64,000 bases of DNA from Anthoceros angustus (Eukaryota > Plantae > Anthocerotophyta), in the NCBI GenBank assembly GCA_010909165.1, contig VJWM01000068.1:124001-188000 (forward strand), read 5' to 3'. This document shows positions 62,201 through 64,000 of this stretch, one piece after another (position 1 is the first letter of the stretch; each line of letters begins with the position of its first letter). Position numbers and translations under genes: made by a program. The notes under the pieces were generated by a model. That model had not been told where the DNA came from and made no database searches. It saw nothing but the letters and a program-made list of their open reading frames with translations.

Positions 62201-64000
62201 GCTGCGATCCATCATCGACGTGAATCTCTGCAAATTTTTGTCACAAGACGTCCCCCTGTTCAACGGTATTGTCTCGGATCTATTCCCTGGAGTCATCCTT
62301 CCTGAGCCGGATTACACCCTCCTGGACAAAGGTCTGAGAGACAACTGCCAGAAGAGAAACTTGCAACCTACCAAGTACTTCATGACCAAATGCATTCAGC
62401 TGTATGAGATGATCATAGTGCGTCATGGGCTCATGCTCGTGGGTCTCCCATTCTCTGGGAAGACTTGCGCCATCAGAGTTCTACAAGGAGCCTTGACAGA
62501 CTTATCTGTGCTTGGCAATAACAACGAAAGACGAGTGCAGGTAAAATACGACCTCCAGTTCCTCGTACGGCTACTGTCTGAATATCCAGACGTCGGGTGG
62601 CGTGACAAATCTTTGATTGCAGGTTGCCACTGTCAATCCCAAGTCTGTGACTATGGGGCAACTGTACGGAGCAAATGATCCCATGACCATGGAATGGCTT
62701 GATGGAGTCCTTGCTATCCAGTTCCGGAATCTTGCAGCTGATCCTTCCAAAGACAGGAAGTGGCTTGTACTTGATGGCCCAGTTGATGCCATTTGGATTG
62801 AGAACATGAACACAGTGCTGGACGACAACAAGAAGCTGTGTCTGCCCAACAGTGAAATCATCCAGATGTCCCCTTCCATGAACATGATTTTCGAGGTGAG
62901 TAGCCAGGCAGCTTTGTTTGGGCTCTGGATCAATGTCATTGCAACAAATAGAGAGCCTAAAGTCGAAGTGTGCAGGTGGGAGATCTGGCAGTTGCATCTC
63001 CAGCCACAGTCAGTAGGTGCGGAATGGTGTATCTGGAGCCACATCAGCTGGGATGGCATCCACTAATGCTTTCCTGGATGGTCACCTTGCCCAAGGCTCT
63101 ACCTGACGCGAACAAGAAGCATCTGCAAGGTCTATTCGACTGGCTGGTGCCAGCGTGCCTGAAGTTCAAGAACAGGCAGATCAAGGACATTAATCCCAAC
63201 TCAGACACTCAGCTGGTGAACACGCTCATGCGCACCTTCTACAGCCTGATACAGGAGCTGAAGACAGAGGAAGGCGTGAAGGTGCTGGGGAAGGAGAAAC
63301 TGGCCACCTGGATCGATTCCATCTTTATCTTCTGCATGGTGTGGTCCATTGGGGCGACGGGAGAGAACGACGGCAGGGTCCTGTTCGACAAATTTCTGAG
63401 AGTCCTGGTGACTGGAACGGTTCCTCCAGGCTACGAGCTCTGGGTGCCGGAGAAGCACGAGACACTCCTCTGCCAGATGCCTTCGGACGAGAATGGGGCG
63501 ATTCTGCACGACTACATGTTTGACAAGAATGTGGGTAATTGGCGGTCATGGTCGGACACCATTGTACCGGTGGAAATCCCGGAGGAAGCCAACTTCAGCG
63601 AGATCATCATCCCCACCAAGGACCAGATGCGCTACACCTTCCTCCTGGACAAGGCCATCCAGTATGGGAGCCCGATGCTCATGGTGGGGTCCACAGGGAC
63701 GGGCAAGTCCATCTACGTTAACCGCCACCTGCTTCAAGGCCTGTCCCGGGAGAAATTCAGCAGTGTCTTGGTGTGCTTCTCGGCCAGGACATCGGCTAAC
63801 ATGACCCAGAACCAGATTGACATGTCCCTTAACAGACGCAAGCGGGGCTACTACGGTCCCCCAGTGGGCAAGAAGTGTGTGATATTCATTGATGATCTCA
63901 ACATGCCTCAGGTGACGTGCACTATCCGTGAGCTGCACACTCAAGCTGCTCCGAACTCTCCTTTGATGGATGTTGCTTGTGTTGTTTGCAGCCAGAGGTG
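53204..64000 (+). CDS. Axonemal inner-arm dynein heavy chain, multi-exon, continuing beyond the window; interrupted by a 2.07 kb internal tandem duplication
   Basis: Putative exon 1 [17 protein letters not shown]...ITNR splices in phase to EPMPGR. Linker: [39 protein letters not shown]1: [23 protein letters not shown] and GPAGTGKT (~61309), [33 protein letters not shown]2: [39 protein letters not shown]3: [16 protein letters not shown]. Confidence 0.95.
54785..58929. repeat. Intragenic tandem duplication of a ~2.07 kb unit (54785-56855; 56856-58922)
   Basis: CAAAGCA occurs at 54785, 56856 and 58923. Both copies are near-identical apart from small indels. Confidence 0.95.

Overview
Eukaryotic land-plant nuclear DNA. 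Short (~50-140 nt) GT-AG introns, high gene density, a plant-type initiator tRNA-Met, PLS-class PPR remnants and an axonemal dynein point to a flagellated-sperm plant with a compact genome; a lycophyte such as Selaginella is my inference, not proven. Recognisable genes in order: TSP9, rhomboid-like RBL15, chlorophyll b reductase NOL, thermospermine synthase ACL5 (a scrambled multi-copy mosaic), nuclear poly(A)-binding protein PABN, tRNA-iMet, a conserved uncharacterised membrane protein, a CCDC174-like protein, CPSF30 (3xCCCH + YTH), a PPR remnant, and an inner-arm dynein heavy chain running off the right end. The dominant structural signal is a set of same-orientation, near-identical duplications: 2.4 kb, a ~10 kb ACL5 mosaic, 5.3 kb and 2.07 kb. 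Most of their junctions sit on 7-12 nt microhomologies, and the copies differ mainly by 1-nt homopolymer indels. This most likely reflects long-read assembly/consensus artefact; very recent template-switching duplication is the alternative. I found no convincing novel biological system. The best leads are the duplication pattern (if real), a GC step and possible tail/motor class mismatch in the dynein, and unexplained ~50% GC sequence at 9.4-17.4 kb and 37.5-39.6 kb. All family assignments are from recalled motifs, with no database search.
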